This document shows positions 11,374 through 22,882 of a stretch of 52,817 nt of DNA, in pieces. The stretch covers positions 1-52,817 of the forward strand of contig JABIZW010000161.1 in assembly GCA_018666295.1 (NCBI GenBank), read 5' to 3'. The notes under the pieces are model-generated. The model made no database searches, was not told where the DNA came from, and saw only the letters and a list, made by a program, of their open reading frames with translations. Origin of the DNA: Halieaceae bacterium. GTDB lineage: Bacteria > Pseudomonadota > Gammaproteobacteria > Pseudomonadales > Halieaceae. The position numbers and the translations under genes were made by a program. How positions within the stretch are numbered: position 1 is the first letter of the stretch; each line of letters begins with the position of its first letter.

Positions 11374-12606
11374 ATGGGAAAGGCTGAAGTGTTGAATGTG
11401 CCGGTCTATTTAGATTACTTGTCGACTACACCGGTGGATCCGCGTGTCGCAGAAGCAATGATCCAGTGTCTTTCGATGGACGGTGTGTTTGGAAATCCGG
11501 CGTCACGCTCGCACCAATACGGCTGGAAGGCTGAGGAAGCGACAGAGAATGCGCGTGGCCAAGTCGCCGAGCTACTCAACGCAGATCCGCGTGAAATTGT
11601 GTGGACGTCGGGCGCCACCGAATCTGACAACCTGGCGATCAAAGGCGTAGCGCACTTTTATCAGCGCAAAGGAAAGCACATCATCACCTCGAAGATCGAG
11701 CACAAAGCGGTGTTAGATACGTGCAGACAGCTCGAGCGAGAGGGGTATGAAGTCACTTACCTTGAACCCAATAGTGACGGATTAACTACGCCTGAGATGA
11801 TTTCTGGCGCCATTCGTGAAGACACAACCCTTGTCAGTGTAATGCACGCAAATAATGAGATTGGCGTCGTCAATGATATCGCCGGCATTGGTGAAGTGTG
11901 CCGTGCACGCGGGGTCATTTACCACGTGGATGCGGCGCAAAGCACCGGTAAACTCCCGTTAGATATGGACGCGATGAAGGTCGACTTGCTGTCGATCTCG
12001 GCCCACAAAATGTATGGGCCGAAAGGTATTGGCGCCCTGTATGTGCGTCGCAAGCCGCGGGTGCGACTAGAGGCGCAAATGCATGGGGGCGGGCACGAAC
12101 GTGGAATGCGGTCAGGGACACTGGCGACCCACCAGATTGTCGGTTTGGGTGAGGCGGCGCGGATTGCTAATGAAGAGATGCACGTCGAGGGCGAACGTCT
12201 GAAAGCGCTTCGTCAGCATTTCTGGTCTTCGATTAACGATATTCCCGAAGTCCACATCAACGGCTCAAGAGATCATCGCTTACCGGGTGCGCTCAATGTG
12301 AGTTTTGCATTTGTAGAGGGCGAGTCGCTCCTGATGTCATTGAAAGATCTCGCAATTTCGAGCGGCTCTGCGTGCACGTCTGCAAGCTTAGAGCCGTCTT
12401 ATGTGTTGCGTGCCTTAGGTCTTAACGACGAAATGGCGCACAGTTCTTTACGGTTCAGTTTTGGGCGTTTTACGACGCAGGGCGACGTGGATCAAGCGGC
12501 GCAAAGTGTTCGTCACGCGGTCGAAAAATTGCGCGAGTTGTCGCCGTTGTGGGATATGTACCAAGACGGTATTGATCTTGACACCATTGAATGGTCGGCG
12601 CATTAA
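11374..12606 (+). CDS. iscS: Cysteine desulfurase IscS
   Basis: 'GNPASRSH', PLP-lysine motif '[10 protein letters not shown]', 'SSGSACTS'. Confidence 0.97.
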   Translation: MGKAEVLNVPVYLDYLSTTPVDPRVAEAMIQCLSMDGVFGNPASRSHQYGWKAEEATENARGQVAELLNADPREIVWTSGATESDNLAIKGVAHFYQRKGKHIITSKIEHKAVLDTCRQLEREGYEVTYLEPNSDGLTTPEMISGAIREDTTLVSVMHANNEIGVVNDIAGIGEVCRARGVIYHVDAAQSTGKLPLDMDAMKVDLLSISAHKMYGPKGIGALYVRRKPRVRLEAQMHGGGHERGMRSGTLATHQIVGLGEAARIANEEMHVEGERLKALRQHFWSSINDIPEVHINGSRDHRLPGALNVSFAFVEGESLLMSLKDLAISSGSACTSASLEPSYVLRALGLNDEMAHSSLRFSFGRFTTQGDVDQAAQSVRHAVEKLRELSPLWDMYQDGIDLDTIEWSAH

Positions 12607-12635
12607 CAGGCGCTAAGCGCCGAAAGGAGTAGGTT

Positions 12636-13019
12636 ATGGCTTACAGTGAAAAAGTAATTGATCATTATGAAAATCCCCGAAATGTTGGGAAACTCGATGC
12701 CGATAGCGACAACGTTGGTACGGGTATGGTCGGGGCGCCTGCTTGTGGTGACGTGATGCGTCTGCAGATACAGGTGAATGATGAGGGTGTTATCGAAGAC
12801 GCTAAATTCAAGACCTATGGTTGTGGCTCAGCAATTGCGTCCAGCTCACTGCTCACCGAGTGGGTCAAAGGCAAGAAGTTAGATGAAGCTGCGGCGATTA
12901 AAAACACTGAAATTGCTCAGGAGCTGGCGTTGCCACCTGTGAAAATCCACTGTTCAGTGCTCGCTGAGGATGCCATTAAAGCTGCCGTTAAGAACTTTCG
13001 TGAGAAGCGGGGCGAGTAA
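12636..13019 (+). CDS. iscU: Fe-S scaffold IscU
   Basis: 'GAPACGDVM', '[10 protein letters not shown]', 'LPPVKIHC'. Confidence 0.98.
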   Translation: MAYSEKVIDHYENPRNVGKLDADSDNVGTGMVGAPACGDVMRLQIQVNDEGVIEDAKFKTYGCGSAIASSSLLTEWVKGKKLDEAAAIKNTEIAQELALPPVKIHCSVLAEDAIKAAVKNFREKRGE

Positions 13020-13342
13020 TGACCATTAGCGTAACAACCGCTGCCGCCGAACACGTGAGCAAACAGCTGACGGCACGAGGCTCTGGAGAGGGGATTCGCA
13101 TTGGTGTTAAAACGTCAGGGTGTTCGGGGCTAGCCTACGTGCTTGAGTTCGTAGACCAACGCGATCCTGCGGACACCATCTTTGAAACGGATGGCGTGTG
13201 CGTTTTTGTGGATCCGAAGAGCTTAGTGTATCTGGACGGCACCATCGTGGACTTTACTCGCGAGGGTCTGAACGAGGGGCTTGAGTTTAAAAATCCGAAC
13301 GTCGCGGGTGAGTGCGGCTGTGGTGAGAGCTTTACAGTCTAA
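13019..13342 (+). CDS. iscA: Fe-S assembly protein IscA
   Basis: 'SGCSGLAY', 'CGCGESF'. Confidence 0.96.
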   Translation: MTISVTTAAAEHVSKQLTARGSGEGIRIGVKTSGCSGLAYVLEFVDQRDPADTIFETDGVCVFVDPKSLVYLDGTIVDFTREGLNEGLEFKNPNVAGECGCGESFTV

Positions 13343-13375
13343 GTTCTGGACGTTAGCGCCCATTAGTGAGGTTTC

Positions 13376-13888
13376 GTGGCCAATTACTTTCAGTCTTTCG
13401 ACCTGCATCCTCAGTTCGATATCGAGTTAGGTGCACTTGAACAGCGTTATGAGCAACTCATGCGGTTGTGTCATCCGGATCGCTTTGCTGGCTCACCTGC
13501 TTTCGAACAACAGGTCGCCGCGAAGCGAAGTGCGGATATCAATGAGGCCTTTGATGTTCTTAAACACGCCGTTAAGCGTGCGGGCCACTTACTGGAGCTT
13601 AAAGGCGTTGACTTGGACAAACTTGAGCGGCAACCCGCATCTCCGGACTTCCTTTTTGATCAAATGATGTTGCGTGAGCAGTTACAGGCATTCGATAGCC
13701 TCTCCCAGGCGCGTGCTGACGCGCTTGTCGAACAAGTCTGCTCGGCGTACTCGTGCACTGAGGCGAAGTTTGTTGAGCACTTTGAGTCCGGTGATATAAC
13801 CGCTGCTTCGGCCTCCTGGGTGGAGTTCCACTTTCAGCAAAAATTAAAAGATGAGCTGGTCAGAGCACAAAGCCAGGCGGGCCGTTAG
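13376..13888 (+). CDS. hscB: Co-chaperone HscB
   Basis: J-domain 'HPDRF', 'FLFDQMMLRE'; position in isc operon. Confidence 0.92.
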   Translation: MANYFQSFDLHPQFDIELGALEQRYEQLMRLCHPDRFAGSPAFEQQVAAKRSADINEAFDVLKHAVKRAGHLLELKGVDLDKLERQPASPDFLFDQMMLREQLQAFDSLSQARADALVEQVCSAYSCTEAKFVEHFESGDITAASASWVEFHFQQKLKDELVRAQSQAGR

Positions 13889-13890
13889 AT

Positions 13891-15747
13891 ATGCTACTCC
13901 AAATTTCAGAGCCCGATAGTCCAGTAACGAATCAGCGTGTGAGAAAACGTGGTCTCGGTATTGATCTCGGGACGACAAATAGTTTGGTTGCGACCAAGTC
14001 AGAGCAAAACACCTCGGTACTTAAGGGTCCCGACGGCACCGCGTTGCTGCCCTCCGTCGTTCACTTTGGTGACAAGGTCACGGTTGGCAATTCAGCACTT
14101 GCGTTGGCCGAGAGTGATCCGGGTAATACGGTCGTGTCGGCAAAGCGACTGATGGGCAGAGCACGCGAGGATTTGAGCCACATTCAGTTACTTGGCTTGG
14201 AGGATTCGGACAGGCTTGCCTTTGACACCGCCAGCGGACCTAAAACGCCGGTGGAAGTGTCTAGCGAAATTTTACGGGCGCTCTCTGAACGTGCTGCGGC
14301 TGTTTTGGGTGAGCCTAACGAGGGTGTCGTGATAACAGTGCCGGCGTACTTCGATGATCGACAGCGACAAGCGACGCGTCAAGCTGCCGAAGTTGCCGGG
14401 GTGAATGTTTTGCGCTTGCTAAACGAGCCGACAGCTGCCGCGGTGGCTTACGGTCTTGACGAGACTATTGCTGAGTCAAGCGTAGTGGCTGTCTACGATT
14501 TGGGTGGTGGCACCTTTGACATTTCAATTTTGCGCATGGAGCAAGGTTTGCTCCGGGTTCTGGCCACTGGAGGCGACAGTGCGCTCGGTGGCGATGACTT
14601 CGACGCTGTGATTGTTGATTGGCTTCAGACCCAATGGTCTCTGTCCGAGCCTACGCATTCTCAAATGCGACAGCTTCTGATGACTGCTCGAAGGGCCAAA
14701 GAAGCGTTGACGGACTGTGACGCGGTTACTGTTGATGCGCCCAATTCAGTGGCACCCCAGCCCAGTTGCGAACTCAGTCGCGAGCGGCTTCAGGCGTTAT
14801 CGCAGACACTTGTCCAGCGCACGTTAGACGCGTGTTCCAATGCAATGGAAGACGCGGGTGTCGAGCAGATCTCGGAGGTCGTTTTGGTGGGAGGATCGAC
14901 GCGAATGCCACTTGTTCGAGAATCTGTCGCTGACTTTTTTCACAGTGATCCCCTATGTTCTATTAATCCTGACGAAGTGGTTGCACTGGGCGCCGCGATT
15001 CAGGCGGATGTATTAGTGGGTAACGGTGATGGCCAGGAAGCGCTGTTACTCGATGTGATTCCGCTCTCTCTGGGCCTTGAGACCTATGGAGGGCTCATAG
15101 AAAAGATCGTGCCACGAAATTCGGTACTGCCGGTGGCCAAAGCGCAGGAGTTTACAACAGCAAAAGATGGCCAGACAGGATTAGTGGTACACGTTCTTCA
15201 AGGAGAGCGTGAGCGGGTGGAGGACTGTCGTTCGCTGGCGCGTTTCGAGTTGAGCGGTATTCCGCCAATGGTGGCAGGCGCCGCTCGAATCTTGGTGACA
15301 TTTCGTGTGGACGCCGACGGACTGCTTGAAGTCTCAGCCAGAGAGGAAATAACGGGGACCGAAACCCATCTTGTGGTTAAGCCATCGTTTGGACTCTCTG
15401 ATGATGAAGTCGCTGCGATGCTTCGATCGAGTCAACAATACGCAGCCGAGGATATGCAAGCGCGTCAGTTGCGCGAAGCGCGGGTGGAGGCGGAGTCTTT
15501 ATTGCACGGCCTCGCCGGTGCACTGGAGGCCGATGGAGATTTATTAAGTGTTCATGAGCGGCTAGACCTTGATGGTGAAGTCGAGCGATTACTGCAGGTG
15601 TTGGACGCGGATGACGTGGATGTCATTCGCCTGCGTGCAGACGAATTGGGTCAGGCGTCGCTTGCGTTTGCTGAGCGACGGATGGATAAAAGTATAAAAG
15701 CAGCTCTTGGCGGTGTCGCCGTGTCAGAGCTTGAGTCTTTGGATTAA
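13891..15747 (+). CDS. hscA: Fe-S chaperone HscA (Hsp70 family)
   Basis: 'MLLQISEP', 'GIDLGTTNS', 'DLGGGTFD', 'LLLDVIPLSLG'. Confidence 0.96.
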   Translation: MLLQISEPDSPVTNQRVRKRGLGIDLGTTNSLVATKSEQNTSVLKGPDGTALLPSVVHFGDKVTVGNSALALAESDPGNTVVSAKRLMGRAREDLSHIQLLGLEDSDRLAFDTASGPKTPVEVSSEILRALSERAAAVLGEPNEGVVITVPAYFDDRQRQATRQAAEVAGVNVLRLLNEPTAAAVAYGLDETIAESSVVAVYDLGGGTFDISILRMEQGLLRVLATGGDSALGGDDFDAVIVDWLQTQWSLSEPTHSQMRQLLMTARRAKEALTDCDAVTVDAPNSVAPQPSCELSRERLQALSQTLVQRTLDACSNAMEDAGVEQISEVVLVGGSTRMPLVRESVADFFHSDPLCSINPDEVVALGAAIQADVLVGNGDGQEALLLDVIPLSLGLETYGGLIEKIVPRNSVLPVAKAQEFTTAKDGQTGLVVHVLQGERERVEDCRSLARFELSGIPPMVAGAARILVTFRVDADGLLEVSAREEITGTETHLVVKPSFGLSDDEVAAMLRSSQQYAAEDMQARQLREARVEAESLLHGLAGALEADGDLLSVHERLDLDGEVERLLQVLDADDVDVIRLRADELGQASLAFAERRMDKSIKAALGGVAVSELESLD

Positions 15748-15757
15748 GGGGCGGGAA

Positions 15758-16096
15758 ATGCCACAGATTATCGTACTACCACACCATGAGATATGTCCTG
15801 CTGGCGCGGCGGTGGAAGCCGAGAGTGGGCAGACCGTTTGTGAGGTATTGCTGAAAAACCATATCGATATCGAGCACGCCTGCGAAATGTCGTGCGCTTG
15901 CACCACCTGTCACGTGGTTGTCAGAGAGGGGTTTGACTCGCTGAGTGACGCCGACGAGCTGGAAGAGGATTATTTGGATAAGGCTTGGGGACTCGAGCCC
16001 GAGTCTCGTCTGTCCTGCCAGGCCGTCGTGGGTGCTCAGCCGCTTGTGGTTGAAATTCCGAGATATACGATCAATCACGCCTCGGAGAAGCATTAA
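15758..16096 (+). CDS. fdx: ISC [2Fe-2S] ferredoxin
   Basis: 'MPQIIVLPH', 'HACEMSCACTTCH', 'SRLSCQ'; ATG at 15758. Confidence 0.95.
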   Translation: MPQIIVLPHHEICPAGAAVEAESGQTVCEVLLKNHIDIEHACEMSCACTTCHVVVREGFDSLSDADELEEDYLDKAWGLEPESRLSCQAVVGAQPLVVEIPRYTINHASEKH

Positions 16097-16115
16097 AAAG
16101 TACACTTTTGTTGTC

Positions 16116-16144
16116 ATGACAGCCTGAGGCAAAGGCCTTATACT
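16116..16144 (+). promoter_or_regulatory. Putative sigma70 promoter of the ndk-rlmN-...-der cluster
   Basis: ATGACA (16116-21), 17-bp spacer, TATACT (16139-44), then GC-rich discriminator CCGCGCGC. Confidence 0.65.
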
Positions 16145-16216
16145 CCGCGCGCGCGACGCACGTGGTCACTGCATGATCAGAGCGAGCGCTCATTTATTTA
16201 TTATCAGGAGACACCC

Positions 16217-16642
16217 ATGTCCGTTGAACAAACCCTCTCGATCATTAAGCCTGACGCGGTTGCAAAAAATGTTACAGGTCAGATTAACGCGCGCTTCGAA
16301 GCCGCGGGACTCCAGATCGTGGCACAAAAGATGTTGCGTTTGTCGGACGACGTTGCTGGCGGGTTCTACGCTGAGCATAAAGAGCGCCCTTTTTATGCGG
16401 ACCTCGTCGGCTTCATGACCTCAGGGCCTGTTGTGGTTCAAGTTTTGGAAGGTGAGGGTGCGATTCTCAAGAACCGTGAACTCATGGGTGCGACAAACCC
16501 AGCGGAGGCAGACGCCGGTACTATCCGAGCTGATTTTGCGAAATCGATTGACGCGAACGCAGTTCATGGTTCGGATGCTCCCGAGTCTGCAGCGAGAGAG
16601 ATTGCTTACTTTTTCGCCGCAAGCGATCTTTGCGGTCGATAA
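16217..16642 (+). CDS. ndk: Nucleoside diphosphate kinase
   Basis: '[10 protein letters not shown]', 'NAVHGSD'; SD AGGAG upstream. Confidence 0.98.
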   Translation: MSVEQTLSIIKPDAVAKNVTGQINARFEAAGLQIVAQKMLRLSDDVAGGFYAEHKERPFYADLVGFMTSGPVVVQVLEGEGAILKNRELMGATNPAEADAGTIRADFAKSIDANAVHGSDAPESAAREIAYFFAASDLCGR

Positions 16643-16658
16643 GGTTCCTTCGCTCACG

Positions 16659-17807
16659 ATGCCAGATGGGGTGATCGCAACAACTAAGCCCATCAGCAAA
16701 GTTAACTTGCTGGGCATGACGCGCGCCCAGCTTGAACATTTTTTTGCTGAAATTGGTGAGAAAAAGTTCCGTGCACAACAGGTGATGAAGTGGATTCATC
16801 ATCAAGGCGTGTGCGACTTTCAGGTCATGACGAACCTTGGCAAGGCCCTCAGAGACCGACTCGAGACACTCGCGGAAATTACGCCTCCAGGCATTAGCAG
16901 TCAGCAAGACTCGACCGATGGGACGCGAAAGTGGGCGATCAGCGTTACAGGTGGTGCACTCGTCGAGGCGGTTCTAATTCCAGAGGGGGACAGAGCAACA
17001 TTATGCGTTTCATCCCAAGTGGGGTGCAGTCTTGACTGTAAGTTTTGCTCAACCGGTAAGCAGGGGTTTCAGCGCGATCTGACTGCCGCGGAAATTATTG
17101 GTCAAGTGTGGCTTGCGATCGACTCTTACGACGGTTGGCAGCCTGGCAAAGGACGGGTTGTCACTAATGTCGTGATGATGGGGATGGGGGAACCGCTGCT
17201 CAATTTCGATAATGTCGTCTCATCTATGGACCTGATGTGCGACGACCTTGCTTATGGCCTCTCAAAGCGCAAAGTGACGCTGTCGACATCGGGTGTGGTT
17301 CCTGCATTAGACAAGCTTGCCGAGTTATCCGATGTCAGTCTTGCCATTTCATTGCATGCACCGAACGATAAGATTCGCGATAAAATCGTGCCGCTTAATC
17401 GCCGGTACCCTATCGACAAGCTGCTCAGCTCAGCGCGGGCTTACATCGATGCGCAAACTGATAAGAAGCGCGTGGTAACGATCGAATACACCTTGCTTGC
17501 GGGGGTTAACGATCAAGTGGAGCACGCGCAGGAGCTAACGCAGTTGCTCAAGGACTACCCATGCAAGATTAATTTAATTCCCTTTAATGATTTTCCAAAT
17601 TCCGGCTTTGAACGTCCCAGTGGAAATGCGGTTTCCAGATTCTGGAAAGTCTTGATGGAAGCAGGATTCATCGTCACAGTAAGGACAACACGGGGTGATG
17701 ATATCGACGCTGCATGTGGACAGCTCGTTGGAGACGTTAACGACCGTACAAAACGTTCTGCTCGATATCGTGCACAATACGAAGAACTTGAGACACTAGA
17801 GGGGTAA
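16659..17807 (+). CDS. rlmN: Dual-specificity 23S rRNA/tRNA methyltransferase RlmN (radical SAM)
   Basis: '[18 protein letters not shown]', 'MGMGEP', 'DIDAACGQL'; start placed after the ndk stop. Confidence 0.96.
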   Translation: MPDGVIATTKPISKVNLLGMTRAQLEHFFAEIGEKKFRAQQVMKWIHHQGVCDFQVMTNLGKALRDRLETLAEITPPGISSQQDSTDGTRKWAISVTGGALVEAVLIPEGDRATLCVSSQVGCSLDCKFCSTGKQGFQRDLTAAEIIGQVWLAIDSYDGWQPGKGRVVTNVVMMGMGEPLLNFDNVVSSMDLMCDDLAYGLSKRKVTLSTSGVVPALDKLAELSDVSLAISLHAPNDKIRDKIVPLNRRYPIDKLLSSARAYIDAQTDKKRVVTIEYTLLAGVNDQVEHAQELTQLLKDYPCKINLIPFNDFPNSGFERPSGNAVSRFWKVLMEAGFIVTVRTTRGDDIDAACGQLVGDVNDRTKRSARYRAQYEELETLEG

Positions 17808-17815
17808 GACGTCCG

Positions 17816-18577
17816 GTGAAATACTTTTCACTTCTGATACTCACGGTCTTTTTGAACGCATGTGTGACCGAAACCTCGGGCCCAGAGCCAGTGCCAGTCA
17901 ATCCGCAAATGGCGCTCGAGCAGCGTGTGGGATTAGCTCGACAATACATTGGTGTCGGTGATTGGGAGAACGCGAAGCGAAATCTTGAATTAGCAGCTGA
18001 TATTGACCCCAGCAGCCCGGAGGTACTGGAGACTTTTGCACTGGTCTATCAGCGCACGGGTGAGTTTGAGCGGGCTGAACGTAGTTTCGATCGTGCATTA
18101 GCACTCGGTGGCGGTTCGCGGATTAAGAATAACTACGCGGCCTTCTTGTTTGCTCAAGGGCGCTACCGCGATTCTGCGAGCGCCTTCGAGGAGGTCACTA
18201 ACGACACACTCTACAGAGGTCGATCGCAAGCTTTTGTCAATTTGGGGCTGGCCCTATTGCAGACGGGCGATGTGCAAGATGCGCGTGCATCATTTGATCG
18301 AGCGTTGCTCATGGAACCACGAAATGCCACTGCGCTGCTGGAGTTGACTCAGATCGCGCTTACCGAGGGTGATGAAGACGCCGCGAGTCGGTATTATGAA
18401 CGCTATCGGCAAGGGGCACGCAGTCAAACGGCACGAGCCCTCATCCTGGGTGTAGAGATTGCGCGTCTTCAGGACGATGCGAATTTAGAAGCGAGCAATA
18501 TGATGGTGCTGAGAAATCTTTACGCCGAGACGCCGATTTTTAGGGCGTGGACAGCTGCACAGTTGGAGCAGCGTTAA
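17816..18577 (+). CDS. pilW: Type IV pilus biogenesis/stability TPR lipoprotein PilW/PilF
   Basis: Lipobox 'LNAC', TPR repeats with 'NNYAAFLFAQG'; follows rlmN as usual. Confidence 0.85.
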   Translation: MKYFSLLILTVFLNACVTETSGPEPVPVNPQMALEQRVGLARQYIGVGDWENAKRNLELAADIDPSSPEVLETFALVYQRTGEFERAERSFDRALALGGGSRIKNNYAAFLFAQGRYRDSASAFEEVTNDTLYRGRSQAFVNLGLALLQTGDVQDARASFDRALLMEPRNATALLELTQIALTEGDEDAASRYYERYRQGARSQTARALILGVEIARLQDDANLEASNMMVLRNLYAETPIFRAWTAAQLEQR

Positions 18578-18607
18578 GACTATAAGAACAATTTAGGGGG
18601 GCTCTCC

Positions 18608-19735
18608 ATGAGTCAGGCTTCACCGATCAAGCGTCGTAAGAGCCGCCAGATTATGGTTGGCAACGTACCTGTGGGTGGTGACGCCCCAATCAGCGTTCAA
18701 AGCATGACGAATACGGAGACGTGTGATGTCAGCGCGACCGTTGCTCAAATTGAGGCGATTGCTGATGCTGGCGCTGATATTGTCAGAGTTTCGGTGCCGA
18801 GTATGGATGCCGCTGAGGCGTTTAAAGAAATCAGAAAAGCCTCCCCCGTACCGTTGGTGGCAGACATTCACTTTGACCACAAAATTGCGCTAAAAGTGGC
18901 TGAATATGGGGTGGACTGTTTAAGGATTAACCCCGGTAACATTGGCAAAGAGCAAAAGGTGCGTGAAGTCATTGCGGCGTGCAAAGACAAGGGTATTCCC
19001 ATTCGTATTGGCGTCAACGCGGGCTCGCTCGGTAAAGAGTTGATGCGTAAGTACCCCGAGCCAACGGCTGAGGCCTTGATTGAGTCTGCGCTGAAAAACG
19101 TGGATATCTTAGAGCGACACAACTTTCCCGATTTCAAGGTCAGTGTTAAAGCCTCCGACGTATTTATGGCCGTGGCTGCCTACCGTGGATTAGCGCAACA
19201 AATAGAGCAACCTCTGCACCTTGGAATCACGGAGGCGGGCGCACTTAGGGGCGGTACCGTCAAGTCTGCCGTGGGTCTTGGTATGTTATTGATGGAAGGT
19301 ATTGGCGATACGCTGCGTGTCTCCTTAGCCGCTGACCCGGTGGAAGAGGTCAAAGTGGGCTTTGAGATCCTCAAGAGCTTAAAAATAAGAGCAAATGGTA
19401 TTAATTTTATCGCTTGTCCTAGCTGCTCACGGCAAAACTTCGACGTTATAGGTACAATGAACGAGCTCGAACGGCGCCTTGAGGACATTCGAACGCCCAT
19501 GGATGTCGCAGTCATTGGTTGTATCGTTAATGGGCCGGGCGAAGCCAAGGAGGCCGATGTTGGTCTCACAGGTGCCACACCCAGTAATTTGATTTACCTC
19601 GACGGGGAGCCGGATCACAAAATCAGTAACACCAATTTTGTTGATCATTTGGAATCCGTTATCCGCAAGCGTGCTGAGAACCTGGAAGCCCAGCGTGCCC
19701 GAGAAGAAGCGGACATTATTTCCAGCAGTCACTAG
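18608..19735 (+). CDS. ispG: 4-hydroxy-3-methylbut-2-en-1-yl diphosphate synthase
   Basis: 'VQSMTNT', 'RINPGNIG', 'CPSCSR', 'GCIVNGPGE'. Confidence 0.97.
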   Translation: MSQASPIKRRKSRQIMVGNVPVGGDAPISVQSMTNTETCDVSATVAQIEAIADAGADIVRVSVPSMDAAEAFKEIRKASPVPLVADIHFDHKIALKVAEYGVDCLRINPGNIGKEQKVREVIAACKDKGIPIRIGVNAGSLGKELMRKYPEPTAEALIESALKNVDILERHNFPDFKVSVKASDVFMAVAAYRGLAQQIEQPLHLGITEAGALRGGTVKSAVGLGMLLMEGIGDTLRVSLAADPVEEVKVGFEILKSLKIRANGINFIACPSCSRQNFDVIGTMNELERRLEDIRTPMDVAVIGCIVNGPGEAKEADVGLTGATPSNLIYLDGEPDHKISNTNFVDHLESVIRKRAENLEAQRAREEADIISSSH

Positions 19736-19747
19736 GATACGCAGTTA

Positions 19748-21034
19748 ATGAGTCAGTACCGCGCAGTTCGGGGAATGGTTGATGTTCTTCCCGATGAAAC
19801 GTCGTTGTGGCAGATGCTTGAGCAAACTGCGCGCGATGTGATTGGCGCACACGGCTATTCTGAAATTCGAACACCGCTGGTTGAACGAACAGAGCTTTTT
19901 GCGCGATCCATTGGCGAAGTCACTGATATTGTAGAAAAAGAAATGTACTCGTTTGCGGACCGAAATGATGAGGGTTTATCTCTGCGTCCCGAGGGCACGG
20001 CAAGCACTGTTCGAGCAATGGTGCAGCATAATTTAATCCAGTCAGCTCAACGGGTTTGGTACATGGGTCCAATGTTCCGCTACGAGCGGCCACAAAAGGG
20101 TCGTCAGCGCCAATTTCACCAGCTCGGTGTCGAAGCGTTTGGTGTGCCGACGCCCGATCAAGACGCCGAGCTTTTGTTGCTCTGCCGTCAATGGTGGAAA
20201 CGACTCGGTATTGACGATGTTGTGACTTTGGAACTCAATACTATCGGCAGTGCTGAATCTCGGCACGCCTACAAGCAGGCGCTGACCGCGTATCTGCGGC
20301 AGCACGTTGAGTCGCTGGATGAGGACAGCCAGCGTCGCCTTGAGACTAATCCGTTGCGCATTTTGGACAGTAAATCTGCGGCGACCCAAAACGTGGTTGC
20401 TGACGCACCTGCAATGGCGACGTTTCTGGACGACGAATCGAAGGTGCATCACGACCAGTTGTGCGAACTACTGAGGCAGGCAGGGCTGTCTTTTGTTGCC
20501 AATCCAAACCTAGTGCGCGGCCTCGATTACTACAACAAGACCGTTTTTGAGTGGACCACTGATCGACTCGGCGCGCAGGCGACAGTCTGTGGCGGTGGAC
20601 GTTACGATGGCATGGTCGGTCAGTTTGGCGGCAAGGCGACGCCGGCGGCGGGATTCGCCGCGGGACTGGAGCGTCTTATTATGTTGTTGCAAACGCTCGA
20701 GGTTGACGCAACAGACCCCCCAGATTTGTACGTCATAAGTGCGGATTCAAATGCACTTAGCCAAGCGATGCTCGAGGCAGATAGAATACGCACTGAATTT
20801 CCGGGTTTACGTGTTGTCCAACACCTCGGTGGGGGCAGTCTTAAGAGTCAATTTAAGCGAGCGGACAAGAGTGGCGCTTCATGGGCCATGGTTTATGGTC
20901 CAGATGAACTGGCGCAAGGGACAGTGACTGTGAAGCCCCTGCGAACAAACGAAGAACAGACGAGCCTCGACAGAGGCGCATTGAATGAGTTTTTACACCG
21001 GTTAGAACGACTGGCGAGTGATATTGAGGAGTAG
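19748..21034 (+). CDS. hisS: Histidine--tRNA ligase
   Basis: 'LRPEGTA', 'FRYERPQKGRQRQFHQ', 'RGLDYY', 'GGRYDG'. Confidence 0.98.
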   Translation: MSQYRAVRGMVDVLPDETSLWQMLEQTARDVIGAHGYSEIRTPLVERTELFARSIGEVTDIVEKEMYSFADRNDEGLSLRPEGTASTVRAMVQHNLIQSAQRVWYMGPMFRYERPQKGRQRQFHQLGVEAFGVPTPDQDAELLLLCRQWWKRLGIDDVVTLELNTIGSAESRHAYKQALTAYLRQHVESLDEDSQRRLETNPLRILDSKSAATQNVVADAPAMATFLDDESKVHHDQLCELLRQAGLSFVANPNLVRGLDYYNKTVFEWTTDRLGAQATVCGGGRYDGMVGQFGGKATPAAGFAAGLERLIMLLQTLEVDATDPPDLYVISADSNALSQAMLEADRIRTEFPGLRVVQHLGGGSLKSQFKRADKSGASWAMVYGPDELAQGTVTVKPLRTNEEQTSLDRGALNEFLHRLERLASDIEE

Positions 21035-21037
21035 GGA

Positions 21038-21703
21038 GTGGCTGATCACCTTCAAGAGGAAGAGCAGTTAGATGCGATTAAGCAGTGGTGGGACGAAAAC
21101 CGTGTCTCAGTAATTGCTGCCGTGGTGCTGACAATCGGTGGATCGTTTGGGTGGTCCCAGTATCAAGACTACACGGTGAGCACAGCAGATGCTGCTGCAA
21201 ATGCTTACGATGAGGTACTCCAGTTAAAGCTCTCTGGCGAGTCTGCAGAGCAACTTGCGATCATGAGCCGCGGTCTACGCGAGCGTCACGCGGGTGACGC
21301 GTTTGCTGACTTTGCGTCGCTTCAGGTGGCTTCTGCTGCTGTTGAGGCTGGAGATCTTGCACTGGCAGAGCGTGAGCTTGAGTCGGTCATGGCCAGTGTT
21401 GATCTTGAGACAACGGTCGGGCAACTGGCCCAGCTGCGACTTGCTCGAGTCCTCGCTGCAAATGGTAACGAGGCTCGCGCGATTGCTATTTTAGAGTTAG
21501 GTAGTGACTCGTTCCCGGCCAGTTACGCACAAGCGCTGGGGGATGTTCACCTCGCCGCAGGTCGACAGGCACAGGCGCTTGAGGCTTACCGTACAGCACA
21601 AACAGCGTCGCTATCACTGGGTGGTCAATTGGGCCTTGTTGACCTCAAGGTCAGTGGCTTAGCGCTGAGAGAAACCAACGAGTCTACTGAGGTAAATCAG
21701 TAA
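21038..21703 (+). CDS. yfgM: Ancillary SecYEG subunit / periplasmic chaperone YfgM
   Basis: 'EEEQLDAIKQWWDEN', one TM segment, TPR-like helices; hisS-yfgM-bamB-der synteny. Confidence 0.88.
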   Translation: MADHLQEEEQLDAIKQWWDENRVSVIAAVVLTIGGSFGWSQYQDYTVSTADAAANAYDEVLQLKLSGESAEQLAIMSRGLRERHAGDAFADFASLQVASAAVEAGDLALAERELESVMASVDLETTVGQLAQLRLARVLAANGNEARAIAILELGSDSFPASYAQALGDVHLAAGRQAQALEAYRTAQTASLSLGGQLGLVDLKVSGLALRETNESTEVNQ

Positions 21704-22878
21704 TGAAGCTATGGCGTCTGCTGATTATCAGCGTCTCAGTGGTCACGCTCAGTGGCTGTAGTACCCTCCAGGATTGGTTTAACTCTGATGACGGTGAGGA
21801 CCTGACTGCTCCGGTTGAGCTCGAGCGAATTGAGGCGACGGTAAAACTCAATAAGCAGTGGTCAACCAGTATTGGAGACGGACAGGGCAATGGGTTTTAT
21901 AGAATTACGCCCGTGCTTGAGAACGGTGTCATCTACGCCGCCTCTAGCGATGGTGAAGTCGCGGCAATTGATGCCATAGACGGCAATCGACTATGGCGCG
22001 TTGAGTTGGAACGGCCACTCTCTGGCGGCGTGGGTTACCACAACGACAGTGTCTATCTTGGTGGCGCTGACGGCTCAGTGCTGCAACTTTCGGCACGAGA
22101 TGGTCAGGTTCTATGGGAAGCGGCCGTGTCCGGTGAAGTTCTCGCCGCACCCGCAGTCTCTGATGACTGGGTCATTGTTCAGACTTACGACGGTAAACTT
22201 TTGGGCTTTGAGGCCGGTGCTGACAAGCCGACATGGACCTTTACGAGCGACGTCCCCGTATTGACGTTGCGAGGGACTTCAACACCCATTTTATTGGGTA
22301 ATAACGCGATTGCTGGATTTGGCGACGGTAAGGTCATTGCCGTCGATGTGGATTCAGGAAACGTCAGTTGGGAGTCTCGGATTGGTGTTCCACAAGGCAG
22401 TTCTGAGATTGATCGAATCGTCGATATCGACGGAACGATCACTCAGCAAGGCGTTGAGTTATTCGTGTCGAGCTATCAAGGACGTGTTGCGGCCTTGGAT
22501 ACGCGCACCGGACGAAAATTATGGCAACAGAACGTGTCCTCGGTCACCGGAACGCACGTGGGTTTCGGCAATGTGTATGTGACCGATGTGGACGGAACTG
22601 TCAGCGCATTTCTACGCAATGGGCAGGGCGTCCGCTGGCAAAATATTGAACTGGGTTATCGTGAACTGTCTAGGCCGACCCCAATCAACAGTTACGTCGC
22701 TACCGTCGACTACGAGGGTTACCTCCACTTACTGTCGCAAGTTGACGGCACTATTGCTGGTCGGACTAAAGTCGGGGGGAGTGCGGCTCGAGCGGACATG
22801 ATCTCTGACCGCGGTCGACTCTACGTCTACACCGACAGCGGTCAGCTCCTCGCCTTTGAGTTAGAGGTTCGAGAATAA
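21703..22878 (+). CDS. bamB: Outer membrane protein assembly factor BamB
   Basis: Lipobox 'LSGC', PQQ-like beta-propeller repeats, 'LTLRGTSTP', 'EIDRIVDID'. Confidence 0.95.
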   Translation: MKLWRLLIISVSVVTLSGCSTLQDWFNSDDGEDLTAPVELERIEATVKLNKQWSTSIGDGQGNGFYRITPVLENGVIYAASSDGEVAAIDAIDGNRLWRVELERPLSGGVGYHNDSVYLGGADGSVLQLSARDGQVLWEAAVSGEVLAAPAVSDDWVIVQTYDGKLLGFEAGADKPTWTFTSDVPVLTLRGTSTPILLGNNAIAGFGDGKVIAVDVDSGNVSWESRIGVPQGSSEIDRIVDIDGTITQQGVELFVSSYQGRVAALDTRTGRKLWQQNVSSVTGTHVGFGNVYVTDVDGTVSAFLRNGQGVRWQNIELGYRELSRPTPINSYVATVDYEGYLHLLSQVDGTIAGRTKVGGSAARADMISDRGRLYVYTDSGQLLAFELEVRE

Positions 22879-22882
22879 GCCA

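Noticed and set aside
12609-12622. GGCGC-TAA-GCGCC hairpin between iscS and iscU as a terminator
   Set aside because: Short stem, no U-tract, inside an operon; at most an mRNA stability element
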